A stretch of 64,000 bases of DNA, taken from NCBI RefSeq assembly GCF_001194135.2, contig NC_068985.1:127411675-127475674 (forward strand), given 5' to 3'. Positions 1 through 13,055 of this stretch are shown here, piece by piece. Position 1 is the first letter of the stretch, and every line of letters begins with the position of its first letter. The notes beneath the pieces are model-generated. The model had not been told where the DNA came from, did no database searches, and saw only the letters and a list, made by a program, of their open reading frames with translations. The translations under genes were made by a program, and so were the position numbers. Origin of the DNA: Octopus bimaculoides. Taxonomy: Eukaryota.

Positions 1-1258
1 TAAAACGATGTAATTAAATAATCATTACATTTGATAGAGTAATCTGAATGTAAAAGAGTTTAGGATAGATTTGGCTGGTGTCTCTAATACATTAAGTGAT
101 CTAAGATCACCCACTTTTTTCCCTTGCAGTGTAAAATTAATAACTTTATACTCTTGCTTTGTTGTTTTTGTTGTTGGTTTTTCTGCTTTCTGGATGTCAA
201 TATTAAGTGGTCAATTGTTAGGGCCAAGGAATAGAGAGAAGGTAAAGAACATGCAGATCTGAACTTTCTACCATATGCCTATATATGGGCATAAAACTGG
301 TTATAGTATAAAGGAAGTTAAGTAGCTTGCTTGCCAACAACATGGTTCTGGGTTCAGTCCCACTGTGTGGCACCTTGAGCAAGTGTCTTCTACTATAGCC
401 TCAGGCCAACCAAAGCCTTGTGAGTGGATTTGGTTGACGGAAACTGAAAGAAGCCCGGCATGTGTGTGTGTGTCTGTGTTTGTCTCCCTACCAAAAGACA
501 CCAATAGAATAAGTACTAGGCTTCCAAAGAATAAGTCCTAGGGTCTATTTGCTCAACTAAAGGCGGTGCTCCAGCATGGTCGCAGCCAAATGGCTGAAAC
601 AAGTATAAAAGAATAACTGAAGTATTAATGCATAAAGCGAAGGCAACAAGAACACTTAGTTTATGAATATGGATTAAAACAAGTTAGACTGAAACCAAAG
701 TAAAACTGGATTAAAATTGGTTGAATACAATTGAAAGAACTTGATAATGGTGACTGGAAAGCTCTAATGATGCTATCTCATCCAAACCATGTCAAATGTA
801 AAAATATAGATGTAAAATCTATCTTAGTGATGGAGTTTTGTTAGTGATTTATATAATTTACTTCAACATCTCAAGCAGTTTTGTTCAGCCCAAGCAAACA
901 TGGTAAAATGAATGATGATCTTTTTTTCAATATTGAGATGAGACCAAGGCACATAAAAACATACTGCTTTACTAATCTGTCAGTTATGCTAGTAGGAAAG
1001 ATGATTGTTCTTGTTTAACCTCTGCTAAGTCATGTCAAGCAAATGTATAATCAAAGGTATTCCAACCATGACTATCAATTCCTTTTTTTCTTCTTTTTTT
1101 TTTATTTCTACACTGCAACTAAGAACACATTATTCAGTATGTCCTTCATTTTTAAGACAGTTTGGTGTAGTTTGAGGGATATTTGGTTGCTATTTCTAGC
1201 AAACTGATTGACCATGTAGATGCACTGTCATTGATATGCACAAATAGAGATTGAATTA

Positions 1259-1294
<36 letters not shown>

Positions 1295-1345
1295 CCATTT
1301 GTAACTACTTTTGTGTTGTGAAATTCTGATTTTTGACTCTCTCAG

Positions 1346-1489
1346 GTTTCTTTGTTTGCTGAGTTGTTCAATGAAATGTTGATGCGGGATTTTGGCTTCA
1401 AGATCTACAAGGCTCTTGTTCTCGCGCCAGAAAAGAAGGATGAGGAGAAGCTTAAAAAGAAATCTGATGATAAATCTATAAAAGAAAAG
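1346..1489 (+). CDS. CCAR1: Cell division cycle and apoptosis regulator 1, internal exon (first visible exon; earlier exons lie outside the window)
   Basis: Acceptor ctcag at 1341-1345, donor gtgag at 1490. 144 nt, phase 0/0, VSLFAELFNEMLMRDFGFKIYKALVLAPEKKDEEKLKKKSDDKSIKEK, matching the conserved CCAR1/DBC1 motif SLFAELFNEML.RDFG. Confidence 0.93.
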
Positions 1490-1673
1490 GTGAGACACCC
1501 GCACATTTTTCTATGTTTGTAAACCATTCAATTAGAAACTCAAAAGCCACCTACTGTAAACTACTCACACTAGCTTGTACAAGAAAGAAGTTTAAATTGA
1601 CTAACATTAAAATAACCTTTTAATAGCTTTTATTACATGTAAAGAATGTTAACATCTACTATTTTATATGTGA

Positions 1674-1860
1674 AGGTGCATGGCTCAGTGGTTAGAATGT
1701 CAGGCTCACGATCATGTGGTAGTGAGGTCAATTCCCAGACCAGGCTGTGTGTTGTGTTCTCAAGCAAGACACTTTTTTTCACATTGTTTCAGTTCACTCA
1801 GCTGTAGAAATGAGTTGCGACATCACTGGTGCCAATCTGTATCAGCCTTTGCCTTTCCTT
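1674..1860 (+). mobile_element. tRNA-derived SINE with CORE-like central domain, 3' truncated
   Basis: A-box-like TGGCTCAGTGGTTAG head, then tcaagcaagacac...ttcac. Same family as 23140-23460 and 63750-63880. Confidence 0.7.
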
Positions 1861-1914
1861 TTCAAAAGTGGGTTGTTTACATTGTGTTTGAGCAGAGAAT
1901 TGCAAATGAAAATA

Positions 1915-2497
1915 TAGTCCATTAAATTTTTTTCTATTAACTATGAGGCACTGAAACATCATAGCAATTCATGTATCCAAATGTTTTTAAATACCTTATA
2001 ACGCTCATATGAGATATAGAGACTATCTCTATGATGTTTCATGTCATGTGACCTGGATTATTTTTGATTAGCATTTCAATTTGTTCATTGTCAACAACTG
2101 TAGGCTTGCTGGAGCATTTACAGTCTTTCAGACCAAAATTTTCACTCTCAAACCTAGCTAACAGCTTACAGTCCCCACCCTCCCCAGCTGTGGCATCATC
2201 TCCATAAACTGCACTTATCTTTCTTTTCTTTCGTTTTGCTGTTTGTGCAAGTATTTTTCCTTTCCAAGTGTAAAAGAGCATCAAATGATGAAAATGTATC
2301 TCATTTTCCTTCATTTTCAATTTTAATGTATAAACAGTAGAAATAAACTATCCACACATATATAGAAAGATGTATTGAAATGGCACCTTTCAGAAGGTGT
2401 GTGTGTGTGTGTCCTGCACTTGTGTCGTGTGAGAAACCAAATCATATGTTTAAATGCCACCAATTGAAAAACAGTACAAACTTTTCTTCTAACTCAA
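1915..2497 (-). mobile_element. Mariner transposon 5' relic in a CCAR1 intron
   Basis: The ORF MKENEIHFHHLMLFYTWKGK...ISAVYGDDA...LLARFESENFGLKD...DNEQIEMLIKNNP is a decayed mariner HTH region. A TIR-like TA|TTGAGTTAGAAGAAAAGT end is at 2497. Confidence 0.75.
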
Positions 2498-2771
2498 TAT
2501 ATTGATTCAGCTATCTGTGCTCTTCTCTCTTGTTATACATAAGTGATGTGAAACTTCTAGATAATGAGGAATCAAATCTGGATAGTGGAAGATTGCCATG
2601 TACTTTGACACTAAACAAGAATTGTTCTCTGACTAAAGCCATTCTGGGGCACTATGAAGCTGAAATTAAAAAAACAAAAACAGCCATTGCTTGTTATTTG
2701 TTAATATAACATTTAGAAGTAAGGTTTAAACACAAAACGAAAATTAAAACTTTTTGTTCATTCTAATACAG

Positions 2772-2882
2772 GATCTCAAGAAAATAGAAGAAGAAAAATC
2801 AGAAAAGAAAAAGGAAGAAGAAAATCCCAAGGAAATGAATGGCAATGAAGAAGATATGGAAGAGGATGAACCTGATGATGAG
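2772..2882 (+). CDS. CCAR1: CCAR1 internal exon, acidic/Lys-rich low complexity
   Basis: aatacag acceptor, gtaatt donor, 111 nt, phase 0/0, DLKKIEEEKSEKKKEEENPKEMNGNEEDMEEDEPDDE, in frame with the neighbouring exons. Confidence 0.85.
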
Positions 2883-3314
2883 GTAATTTGATTAAATTTT
2901 TCTTTCTTTTTGTTTTATACTTTTTATTAATTTATATAATCACTCTTTTTCCTTGTTTTTCCAATCTCTTTCGTTTTTATTGGAGTGCAAAAACATGCCT
3001 TGCAGAATGTAATAAAAACATCCGTAATCTCTGTTAAAACATTGTCACCACCAAAAGTTACTTCTATTTGTTCTGTCATCTCAATTAATCCATTGTAAGT
3101 AAGAAAGAAAGAGAAAAATGTTTTCCATAAATTTTGGAAACATTTCAAATTTGCATGCCATCAAATGCAATCTATCATGATAATTAGTTGTAAAGAAAAA
3201 AACATGAAGAAATTACTAAAGGTTACTCCAAGTCAATATTTTTTTTTCATTATATTTTATAGTATGTTCTGATAATATTCCAGTATGGCCAAATCTGGTG
3301 TTTTTTTGTGACTT

Positions 3315-3750
3315 GCTAGGTCTGGAGGGAGAGACAATGTCTAAGCCCTCCTCAGCCAATGAGAGTATTGGCATTAATTGTTCCTCTTAGACTTTTGTGT
3401 GTCAACACCTGCCGGAAGGACTTAAATTCCAATGAACAACATTCTGGGAAAGAAAGAAGTACAGGGTATGGTGATTAGTGCAGAGCTTGATGGAGGGCGG
3501 GCACAATAAGGATGATGAGAAGAAGAGAGAGAAGTGCGACAGGAATGTTTGAGCAAAGATGGCAGGAGTCCAACCAGTTCTGAGGAGCAGTAACCACTAT
3601 AGTAGAGGCAGATGTTGAAAAGAGGCCAGAGGTTGAAACCTGTTTCTAAGTGACCATTCCAGTCAGTTGGGTGGTCCTTTTCTGGATGCAGTCTAGGATG
3701 CCTTTGTGGACCCTACCTGAGCCTTATAGAGGGTCACTAATTGTTGTGAG
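3315..3750 (-). mobile_element. CR1-like LINE 3' fragment
   Basis: The minus strand yields LVTLYKAQV...LDCIQKR and YYSGYCSSELVGLLP...SHHPYC...SFFPR, typical of CR1-clade RT C-termini, with frameshifts. Confidence 0.65.
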
Positions 3751-4201
3751 GGACTGAAGTATATTCTGATTGTAAATTAAAAAGAAGGAAAGGATTTACT
3801 TACTTTCAACGTCTAATTTAGAGTCACTGTTAGCTGAGTCTGCTGGTTACTGGATTATCATTTGATAGGTTATTCGGTACTTGTCCAAAAAACAGAAAGA
3901 AAAATATCCACTTAACTCTCAAAGGCTTCATTTACCTAAATGTTAAGTAGCATAAGTGTCAATCAATTCATTTGCCTTTGCTTTCTTTCTGTTGGTGAAG
4001 TTTAGAGAGATGAGCTTCCACCTGGTATCTTGTTACACTACAATGCATTAAATCAGCCAGGTGTATTGCACTACACTAAGATGAATTTTTAGTCTAGATG
4101 CACTATTTAAGATGAATTTTAACAGTGAGCCACTGATTTTACAGAACATCATTAACTTCTGAATTGGCAATAATTGCTACATTACTACTACTACTACTAC
4201 T

Positions 4202-4234
<33 letters not shown>

Positions 4235-4701
4235 TATTCCTCACTGTCTGACCTTTCAACATCCTCCCTCTATTTTTTTTTCTGTTGGTTTTGATGATGA
4301 GGGTTTAATTGTTTGATCCACTGAATTAGCTGCCTATTGTATTAGTGGTTGAGTATTCCATAGGCATGTGTACCCTTAACATAATCCTCTGGTAGAATCA
4401 GCTTGATATAGTGACAAGTCTTGTACCTTTAAATTACAGGTATTTTCCATGGGACAGGCTTCCACACAGTTTCTCTCTACCAAGTTTCACTTACAAGGTT
4501 TGAGTCAATCTGAGGCACTTTCCCAAGATGTCATGCATTAGGATTGAACCTAGGACTTTGTGACTGTTGCCATGTTGTGTCCAATCAGTACACCGCCTTG
4601 AATTAAATTTATGCTATTGATTCATTTGAATTACTTCCCTTAGTTCACTTTGTTTTTCTTTAGCTCCTTAATCAGTTAATTTTTTTTTCTTTCTATTGCA
4701 G

Positions 4702-4729
4702 GATGATGATGAAGACAAGAAAGACAGAG
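4702..4729 (+). CDS. CCAR1: CCAR1 28-nt microexon (DDDEDKKDR+G)
   Basis: Polypyrimidine tract plus ttgcag, donor gtaatt. It supplies the phase 0 to phase 1 change needed to join the 2772-2882 exon to the next exon. Confidence 0.8.
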
Positions 4730-5149
4730 GTAATTTGTTTTTTCTGGTTTGGTTGCAATAGTTGAAATGTCTTAAATGTTTTTACAGAACATGAACGTTA
4801 GATTAGTTTTACCTGTTCAATGGCCAGTCTTACTTAAAGGATAATCTTGATGGAATTTATACATTGTTGTCAGAAAGTAGGCACATGACTGCAACAAGCC
4901 ATTATATGGCAATGCATTGGTGTTAATGATGCTAATAGTTGTAAGTTTTAATTTAGTCACTAGGCCTTGTATTTTAGGAGAGGGTTATAGTTAGTTAATT
5001 ACATATATTACAGTAGTAGACTGCTATTATTTTGTTGATACTTGGAATATTAAAAGGCAGTTAACTTCGATGAAATTTGAACTAAAGTTATAAAGAGCTG
5101 AAACAAATACCACAAGGTATTTTGTCCAATACTAATAATTTCACAAGTT

Positions 5150-5612
5150 CATTGTCTTAATGATGATGATGTAAATTTTTTACAAACACTGTGGAGGGAA
5201 CCTGTGGTAGAGGTAGACCCAACAAGGTGATGAAGCATGATCTTCAAACGCTGGGCCTCATGGAAGCAATGACTAGTGACCAAGAAATTTGGCAATATGC
5301 CATGCTTGAGATGACCTGTCAAGCCAAGTGAAATCATATTCATGGCTGATGCTGGTGTCACATAACCAGTTGCTTGTAAAAAGCACTGTTCAAGCATTGG
5401 GTCTTGTGGAGGCAATGTGGCCTCCCATAACTAGCACATAAAAGCATCCATTACACACTTGGAGTGGTTGGTATTAGGAAGGGTATCCAGCCATAGAAAC
5501 CATTCCAAATTAGACTGTAGTTAGGTGCAGCCCCTCAGCTTACCAGCCCTGATCAAACCATCCAACTCTTGCCTGCAGGGACAACGGATGTTAAATGATG
5601 ATGATGATGATG
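5150..5612 (+). mobile_element. RTE-LINE 3' end / (GAT)n-tailed short repeat, diverged
   Basis: aaagcatcca...ttaggaagggtatccagc...ccatccaac...ggatgttaaatgatgatgat tail. Confidence 0.65.
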
Positions 5613-6421
5613 TACAAGGCTACAAATTAGCTGGGTGGGGGTCAGTCCCATACTTAACTGGAACCTTATTTTAAACAACCCCAAGAGAGTGAAAGAAAAA
5701 GTTAATCACAGTCAGATTTGAACTCAGAACACAAAGGTAGATAAAATGCTGTTAAGTATTTTTTCCAGCATGCTAATGATTCTGCCAATTTGCCAGCTTT
5801 CTAATAACACTGCCAGTATACCATCCTAATAATGGTTTCAAATTTTGGCACAAGGGTAGCAATTTTGGGGAAGTGGGTAAGTCAGTTACATTGACCCTGG
5901 TACTTATTTTATCAACCTTCAAAAGGATGGAAGTTAAAATCAACCTCAGCAGAACTTGAACTCAGAACATAACAATGGACAAAATGCCGCTAATCATTTC
6001 ACCCAGGTTGTTGTTTAATTCTGCCAGCTCGCCATCTTACACCATCTTAATAATAATAATGGTTTCTAGCATAGGCACAATGTCTGAGATTTGTTGGTGA
6101 GTGTTTAAACTGACTCCAATATTTCACTGGTGCTTACTTGGTTTAATCAAGCCTGGAGAAATGAAAGGCAGAGTTGACTGTAACAGAATAAGAATTGAAA
6201 ATATCAAGAGCTGGAACACATACTGTAAAACAGTTTTTTTTTTCAACATTGTTTTTAATTTCATTTTTTTTTTTTTTTAAATCTCTGTTGTCACCAAGTG
6301 ATTTAACTATTTGGCTAAAACTCTATTGAGAGTAATGAATTAAGATTATTTTTGACATTAATGCTTTATGTTTTTTCAACTTCTTTCTCTTACAAAATAT
6401 ACATGTGGTTCATTTTAGTAG

Positions 6422-6591
6422 GAAAAAGAGACCGGGATGAGAAGAAGAAGGAGAAGAAGAAGTTCTACACATTTGATCCTGCTTTGTTACTAGCATTTGT
6501 ATATTTTGATCAGAATCATACAGGCTATCTGTTAGATAAAGACATTGAGGAAATCATGCACACTGTTGGCATGCAGTTGTCAAGAGCTCAG
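6422..6591 (+). CDS. CCAR1: CCAR1 exon with EF-hand-like motif (alternative start at 6419)
   Basis: GKRDRDEKKKEKKKFYTFDPALLLAFVYFDQNHTGYLLDKDIEEIMHTVGMQLSRAQ matches CCAR1 LL.AFVYFDQ.H.GYLL.KD.EEI...LSRAQ. Tandem TAGTAG acceptor at 6416-6421, donor gtaaac at 6592. Confidence 0.93.
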
Positions 6592-7207
6592 GTAAACTAT
6601 TTCACAATGTTTCTCATGTATCCAGCTATGTGGGGTTTGGTGAGGGCAGCACATTTTTGTAATTACCCCTCATGGTTCTTGATATGACTAAATATTGTCA
6701 GGTTTTGGCACAAGGCTAGCAAGTTCATGGAAGAGGGCAAGTTGGTCACATCAACTGCAGTGCTCAACAAGTACTTATCTTATTGACCCCAAAAGGATGA
6801 AAGGCAAAGTCAGTCTTGGCAGGAATTGAACTCAGACCATAAAGACCGTTGAAATGCCACTAAACATTTTGCCCAGAGTGCTAATGATTCTGCCAGCTCA
6901 CCACCTTAGATATGACTACATATTGACTATAAAGTGTAATTGTAGATAGAATGTTTATTCCTTCATTTGTTTAATTTTGTGTCCATGCTAGCATGAGAAT
7001 TTATTACATTATGTTGAGGCATTGCCAGATGTCTTCCCTGTCACTAACCCTTACCTGTTTTGCAAGTAAGGGCATTTTCATTCTACTATAATAGAAGACA
7101 CTGCCCCTAGATATCATTCGGCAAGACTATGTGATTGTGAAGCAAACTTCTTTACAAAACTCTGCCAGTACCTAGTATAATTATAAGTATTTAGATTGAA
7201 TATAATT

Positions 7208-7500
7208 CATCATCATCATCGTTTAACATCCACTTTCCATGCTAGCATGTGTTGGACGATTTGACTGAGGACTGGCGAACCAGATGGCTACACCAGGCTT
7301 CAATCTGATTTGGCAGAGTTTCTACAGCTGGATGCCCTTCCTAATGCCAACAACTCCGAGAGTGTAGTGGGTGCTTTTACGTGTCACCCGCACGAAGGCC
7401 AGTCAGGCGGTACTGGCAACGGCCATGCTCAAGATGGTGTATTTTACGTGCTACCTGCACAGGAGCCAGTCCAGCGGCACTGGCAACGACCTCGCTCAAA
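7208..7500 (-). mobile_element. RTE-LINE 3'UTR copy with (GAT)n tail
   Basis: catcatcgtttaacatccactttccatgctagcatg...gccagtcaggcggtactggc, homologous to 59666-60280. Confidence 0.8.
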
Positions 7501-9059
7501 TGTCTTCGAATAATAGTAAATATATATTTATATAAATACAGAGATTACCCTGTATTTCAAAATAAAGGTATTAAAAAATATGTGAATGATAGACTCTTAA
7601 AATATCAAAATTAGAAATTGTTCTTACACCCAAAGATGTAATATAAAATGCAATTGTATGACTTGCATACATATTTACAATCTACTCTGTAGTATGTGTT
7701 TAGTCATACCAAGAGCCATGCAGAGTAATAACATAAAATTGTCTTTGGGGCCATTAGCAGAGGGATGCAGTATTGATCTAGGAACACTTGGTAAGCTTCT
7801 GGTAAGCTGTCTTTGAGAATTAGTTTCCATTCTTACTTGGAGATAATTCACTTTTTTTACATCACTAATGCCCTTGAGAAAGACATCAATATTGTACAAA
7901 CTCATTCCTTTTCTCGAATAAATCTAAAGCTTCGCACTCCATCAGATGATCAGTGTTAAAAAAAAAAAACAGGAAAATTACTTTTATAAATGATTTCTTT
8001 AAAAAAGGTGGCGGGGAACCATTCCAGTGTAATGGGGCTTTATTTTATTTTCTCTCATCTGTGAATTGAAACTCTGCAGGACTCACCTGTCGCATGTAAG
8101 CAGTCAATTGTACAGTGACTGTTCTTCAGGCATGATAGATTCTTTTATTTAACTCTGTGAAAACTGGCATTACTATGTTTCTTAGTTAGAAGTGTTCATC
8201 ATGAAGAAGGCTTCCGCTCTAAAAATATAAAGAACAGGTTGACCCTCATGTTAACATGGGAAAAGGAGCATGTGGTGTAAAAGACCAACATTATTTGAGA
8301 GATGTATAGCTAATGGAATCAGTCCCAATATTTTACTGGTTCTTTATCTTCTTGAACTTTAAAAATTCAGGATAGAATTTTGCATTGAAGATGAAGAATA
8401 AAGAGGACCCTATCTGGAATTTAAACTCAGAAATGAAAATTTATTAACTAGATACAACAAAAATTTAGCTAGTCATTTTTGTATTTCTGCCAAAGCTATA
8501 GTTCTTATTGCCCTAATAATAGGACTACATAGATGCATCAACCTCAGTATATTATACTGAGACTGTAAATCAAGAAAATAAAATGTGATATCAGCTCTAT
8601 GATTCCAGCATATTGTTACTGATACATATTTTATTGATTCTAGTGTGATTAAATGCAGTGTTGGCTTACATATGGTTTAATCTTGGGAGCTACTAGGATG
8701 AAAATAACTGAAAAATTATAATACATTTCTATTCCTTTTACTTTATTATAATAATAATAATAATAATAATAACAATAATAATGGTTTCAAATTTTGCCAC
8801 AAGGGCAGCAATTTTGGGCGAGGGGATGAGTTGATTACATCGACCCCAGTATTTAACTGGTACTTATTTTATCGACACTGAAAGGATGATAGGTAAAGTT
8901 GACCTCAGTGGAATCTGAACTCAGAACGTACCAATGGGCAAAATACCATTAAGCATTTCATCCAGCACACTAACGATTCTGCCAGCTTGCTGTCTTAATT
9001 ATAATAATAGTTTCTAGTTTGGTGACATTATCATTTGTCTTCTTAAAAAACTTTTATAG

Positions 9060-9204
9060 GTACGAAAATATGTCCAAAAGCTTGTGTCACGTGACACTTT
9101 AAATTATCGTAAATTGACGGATAAGCCGAAATCTGAGGATGCTTCTGAAGATGGAAAAATTGATTCAAAAGGTGCAGACGTAGATGATATTAAACTTGCT
9201 CAAG
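9060..9204 (+). CDS. CCAR1: CCAR1 internal exon
   Basis: ttttatag acceptor, gtaact donor, 145 nt, phase 0/1, VRKYVQKLVSRDTLNYRKLTDKPKSED..., continuing the CCAR1 motif RAQV.K......YRKLTD. Confidence 0.92.
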
Positions 9205-9823
9205 GTAACTTCATTTATGTATTTTTATTTATTATTATTTTTTTTATCCATGTTTAACCCTTTTGATACTAACTTGCCTATGAACTCTCTTAGATTTATA
9301 AAACAATGTTTACTTGCTGACCCTGATTTCATGCAAATATCTAAATGTTTAAAAGTTAACAGACTTAAGAAATAGAGAAAACCCTCTACTTTACAGGGCT
9401 ATAAAGAAACTTAAAGGCTTTGTCTTTGCCTTGTATCTCCATAGCAAGTTGACTTATTACAGCTGATCACTTCCCAAGTTGTATTTATGGTAAGATTTGA
9501 ACATAGTGCTGCAAGATAACAAAGCATGTGAGAATTAGCTAGTGTTTCCATTGATAAGAGCAATGTATTGTACAACCTAAGTGTCTCAGCCATAGAGAAA
9601 ACTTGTTACAGTTGATTAATGCATATCATGTTTTTTCTTCAAGGTCAGTCTAATACGTTATAAACTTGGCCAGTTGCAATTAATTCATATCAGCTATTGA
9701 AATTTGTGAAAAAAAAAAACATCTTATTCTTGTCAGTAAATCACCATAAGTCAAATCAATAATTGTTGTAAATATGTTAACTTTCAAAAATGGAAGTATT
9801 TTTTCTTAAATTTATATTTTCAG

Positions 9824-10048
9824 GAAATTATCATTTTTTAAATGCTATAAAAGCTAAGAACTCTTCAGAGGACTTGGCAGTAACATCCAAATTAAAAGGT
9901 GAGGGAGAGGAAACAGCTCCCAATTCTGGATTTATTAGCTACAATGGAGCTTTAATCGATATTGATAGTATTACTCAGCGACTAGAGAAAAGCGAGAAAA
10001 ATAGGAGTGCCTTGGAAGAAAAGTTACAGGATTTCACTGCTGAAATTG
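9824..10048 (+). CDS. CCAR1: CCAR1 penultimate coding exon
   Basis: ttttcag acceptor, gttagt donor, 225 nt, phase 1/1, ...SGFISYNGALIDIDSITQRLEKSEKNRSALEEKLQ, matching CCAR1 G.I.YNGA.VD..S..Q.LEKSEK.R..EEKL. Confidence 0.92.
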
Positions 10049-11770
10049 GTTAGTTACAGTTTTTTTATATTTTGCTTTTGGAGGAAAACAATTGCTGTTA
10101 GGCTAAGATGCTGCACTGCAAGAACAGGAGTTTTACCTACTGCAGCTAGTGTTATATTTGAGTTAGTGATATATCAGTGTGTGTGTGTGTAAATATATGT
10201 AAAGTGGTAGGTGTTAGGAAGGGCATCCAGCTGTAGAAACCATGCCAAATCAGACTGGAGTTTGGTGCAGCTTACCAGCTCTGGTCAAACTGTCCAACCC
10301 ATGCCAGCATGGGCAATGGACGTTAAGTGATGATGATATATGTGTGTGTGTGTATATATATATATATAAACACAGGCATGGCTATGTGGTAAGGAGTTTG
10401 TTTTGCAACCTCATGGTTTCAGCTTCCACTGCACAGCACATTGGGCAGGTATTTTCGACTAGAGCCACAGACCAAACAATGCCTTGTGACTGAAATTCGT
10501 GAATGGAAACTGTGGAACCCATCATGTGTGTCTTTGTGTTTGTTCCCACTCCTTGACAACTAGTGTTGGTTTGTTTATGTCCCTGTAACTTAGCAGTTTA
10601 GCAAAAGAAATTGATAGAATAAGTACCTGACTGCTTTGAAAAAATAAGTACTGGTGGGGGGGGATTAGTCCAATTAAACCCTCCAAGGCAGTGCTCCAGC
10701 ATGGTCGCAGTCCAATGACTGAAACAATTGAAAGGTAAAAGATGTGTGTGTCTGTGTCTGTACTTGCAATAGTCACCCCCCCCCTCCCATTATAAAACCT
10801 AAAAATTATGGTTGTGCATTTTACATGGGAACTAAATGTTATCCACTTTTTCCAGTTGTGTGTGGTCGTATGTATATATATATAAATAAACAAACAGTCA
10901 TGGCTGTGTGGTAAGAAGTTTGCTTCGCAACCACATGGTTTCAGATTAACTGATATGTAACAAAGAGTTTAAATTATAGTAACATTAGATTTTACTATCA
11001 TACATTAAATATTCGTCATTCTTCATGCATGTGTTTTATTTATACATCAATATGATTCAGACTGAAGATGTAAAACCAAAACAAAAGCAGTTAAATAGCA
11101 AAAAGGTACTAAAATGTTTGTTTATACCTTGCTAAGTACTTTATTTTGTGTCTACGTGCTGCCACAAAAATATTCTTCTACTAATTTCATTTGTTCAGTA
11201 ACTCACTGCAATAGATGATACCACAAAAGCATTTCACTTATGACTATTCACTCAATATATTGTTTATTTCGGGTTTGCTTCCTTTTATGTTATTTAATGA
11301 TTTAAAGATATTTAATACTCATTTTTTTTCTATGCTAGCATGAGTTGGACCAGGACATATTGAAGATTATATAGATGAATGCTCTCCTTATCGCCAGTCC
11401 TTTACCTGTTTTCAAATAAGGGATTTTTATTCGCAGAGCATTGAGAATAAGGAATGCTGAATGATATAATATTTGTCATATTACTTGTGAGATGCTTTAG
11501 GATATCAATAGTCATATACATGTACACATGCACACACATACACACACGATGTGCTAAAGTATAACACACTTAGCCAAGGTGCCACCCAGTGAAATAGAAC
11601 TCGAAACCACATTATTATGAAGCACTCCACACTACCATACTTATGCCAGTATGTGTGTATGAAAGAGAGAGAGAGATTGGTTTAAGATCAAAAAATTTCT
11701 GTGGACATATTGGCTACTTGCCCTCTTTTAAGATGGTTTTTTTTTTTTTGTGTTCTTTTTTTTCCTTTAG

Positions 11771-12042
11771 ATTTGCTGAAGGATAAAGCATTAAAGCGTG
11801 AAGATTTAGTGAAACAGTTGCAACAGGAACTAACTATAATTAAAAAGGAGAAAGAAGAGCAAATAGAAGCAGTGTCGTCAACTGAAAGTGAAAACAGACG
11901 GCTATTTACTGCTCTAAAACACTGTGAAAAGACATTGACTGGTCTTCTGAAGGGTGTTACTACCAGTCTTACACCTTTAATAATAGACAAGAAAAAGAAA
12001 TTTGATAAAAAGGTGAAAAATGAAAATGATACTGGAGAATAA
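11771..12042 (+). CDS. CCAR1: CCAR1 terminal coding exon, coiled coil
   Basis: tttcctttag acceptor, phase 1 entry (G+AT = Asp), DLLKDKALKREDLVKQLQQELTIIKKEKEEQIEA...NENDTGE, TAA stop ending at 12042. Confidence 0.88.
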
Positions 12043-12170
12043 ATGTTTCAAAGTCCTCCAAAGGAAATGTTTGGATAAATTATGAGAATGAGAAACGTAC
12101 CAAGGAATTTTTTTTTTTTTTTCCTAACTTGAGGTTCCACCACTCTCTACCTTGTCCATATTTCAGTTAC

Positions 12171-12176
12171 AATAAA
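12171..12176 (+). promoter_or_regulatory. Candidate CCAR1 polyadenylation signal (another AATAAA at 12551-12556)
   Basis: AATAAA 129 nt after the stop codon. AATAAA is common in AT-rich DNA, so this is weak. Confidence 0.3.
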
Positions 12177-12975
12177 CTAAAGGCCAGCAACAACACAACT
12201 GTCATCACTCTTCCCTCCACCCATTTTTCTCTTTGGGTCCCTCTATTCTTTGTCCTCTTTCATCTGTGCTCTTGATTAATCCTGAACTGTTATCTACTTA
12301 TGCAGTCTTTCCAATGTGTAGATTTGCTTGGATTTCAATGATTACCAAATACAGCAAAGATGGAAACGCTTGCTTGCTTGTTTGTTTGGGGGTTTTATTT
12401 TTTTTGTTTGATTTTTTTTTCTTGCATTGAAAATAGAAATTCCATCAAACAATTGAAAACATTTGTTTTTTTTCCTCTCACTCTCTCATTTCACTGTTGA
12501 ATTTGTAAATCTGGCTATCGAGGGTGCAATGACTGAAGAAAGAGTACAATAATAAACTGGTATCTGCAGGGACATGTCAATATTATGGTTAAAAAAAACA
12601 ACTTCAGCAACCACTTTTTTTTTTTTTTTTTTTTTAAGAGTGGCTTTGGAAGTTTCTGCACTGAACAAGTGAGCAGATGAAGTGCTGTGTTAATAATATT
12701 CCATTATTGCCTATAAAAAAAATATAAAGAAGTCTTCGTTCTTTATGTGAAGTAGGTGGGATGGGGTAGGGAAATTAAAGTAAAAATGATATAAAAATCT
12801 CCTGTTTGTAAAAGAATTTACTTTTATAAATATATAATTTTTTTTCTTTTCCTTTCGCACAAGAAGATTTTTCAAGGAAGTTATATTATACTGAAGCATT
12901 AATTCTGCACATTGCATTGTTAAATTGGTATTGTAGCTTCTTTCAAAAGCCTTGTTGGATTTTTTTTTTTTTTTT

Positions 12976-13019
12976 NNNNNNNNNNNNNNNNNNNNNNNNN
13001 NNNNNNNNNNNNNNNNNNN
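12976..13019. other. Assembly gap (others at 15561-70, 36178-87, 37135-234, 41357-480, 43356-588, 51074-210)
   Basis: Runs of N, mostly next to microsatellites, typical of a short-read scaffold. Confidence 1.

Positions 13020-13055
<36 letters not shown>

Noticed and set aside
7675-7905. 76-aa minus-strand ORF in a CCAR1 intron
   Set aside because: No recognisable family, no splice context, and the other frames are interrupted.
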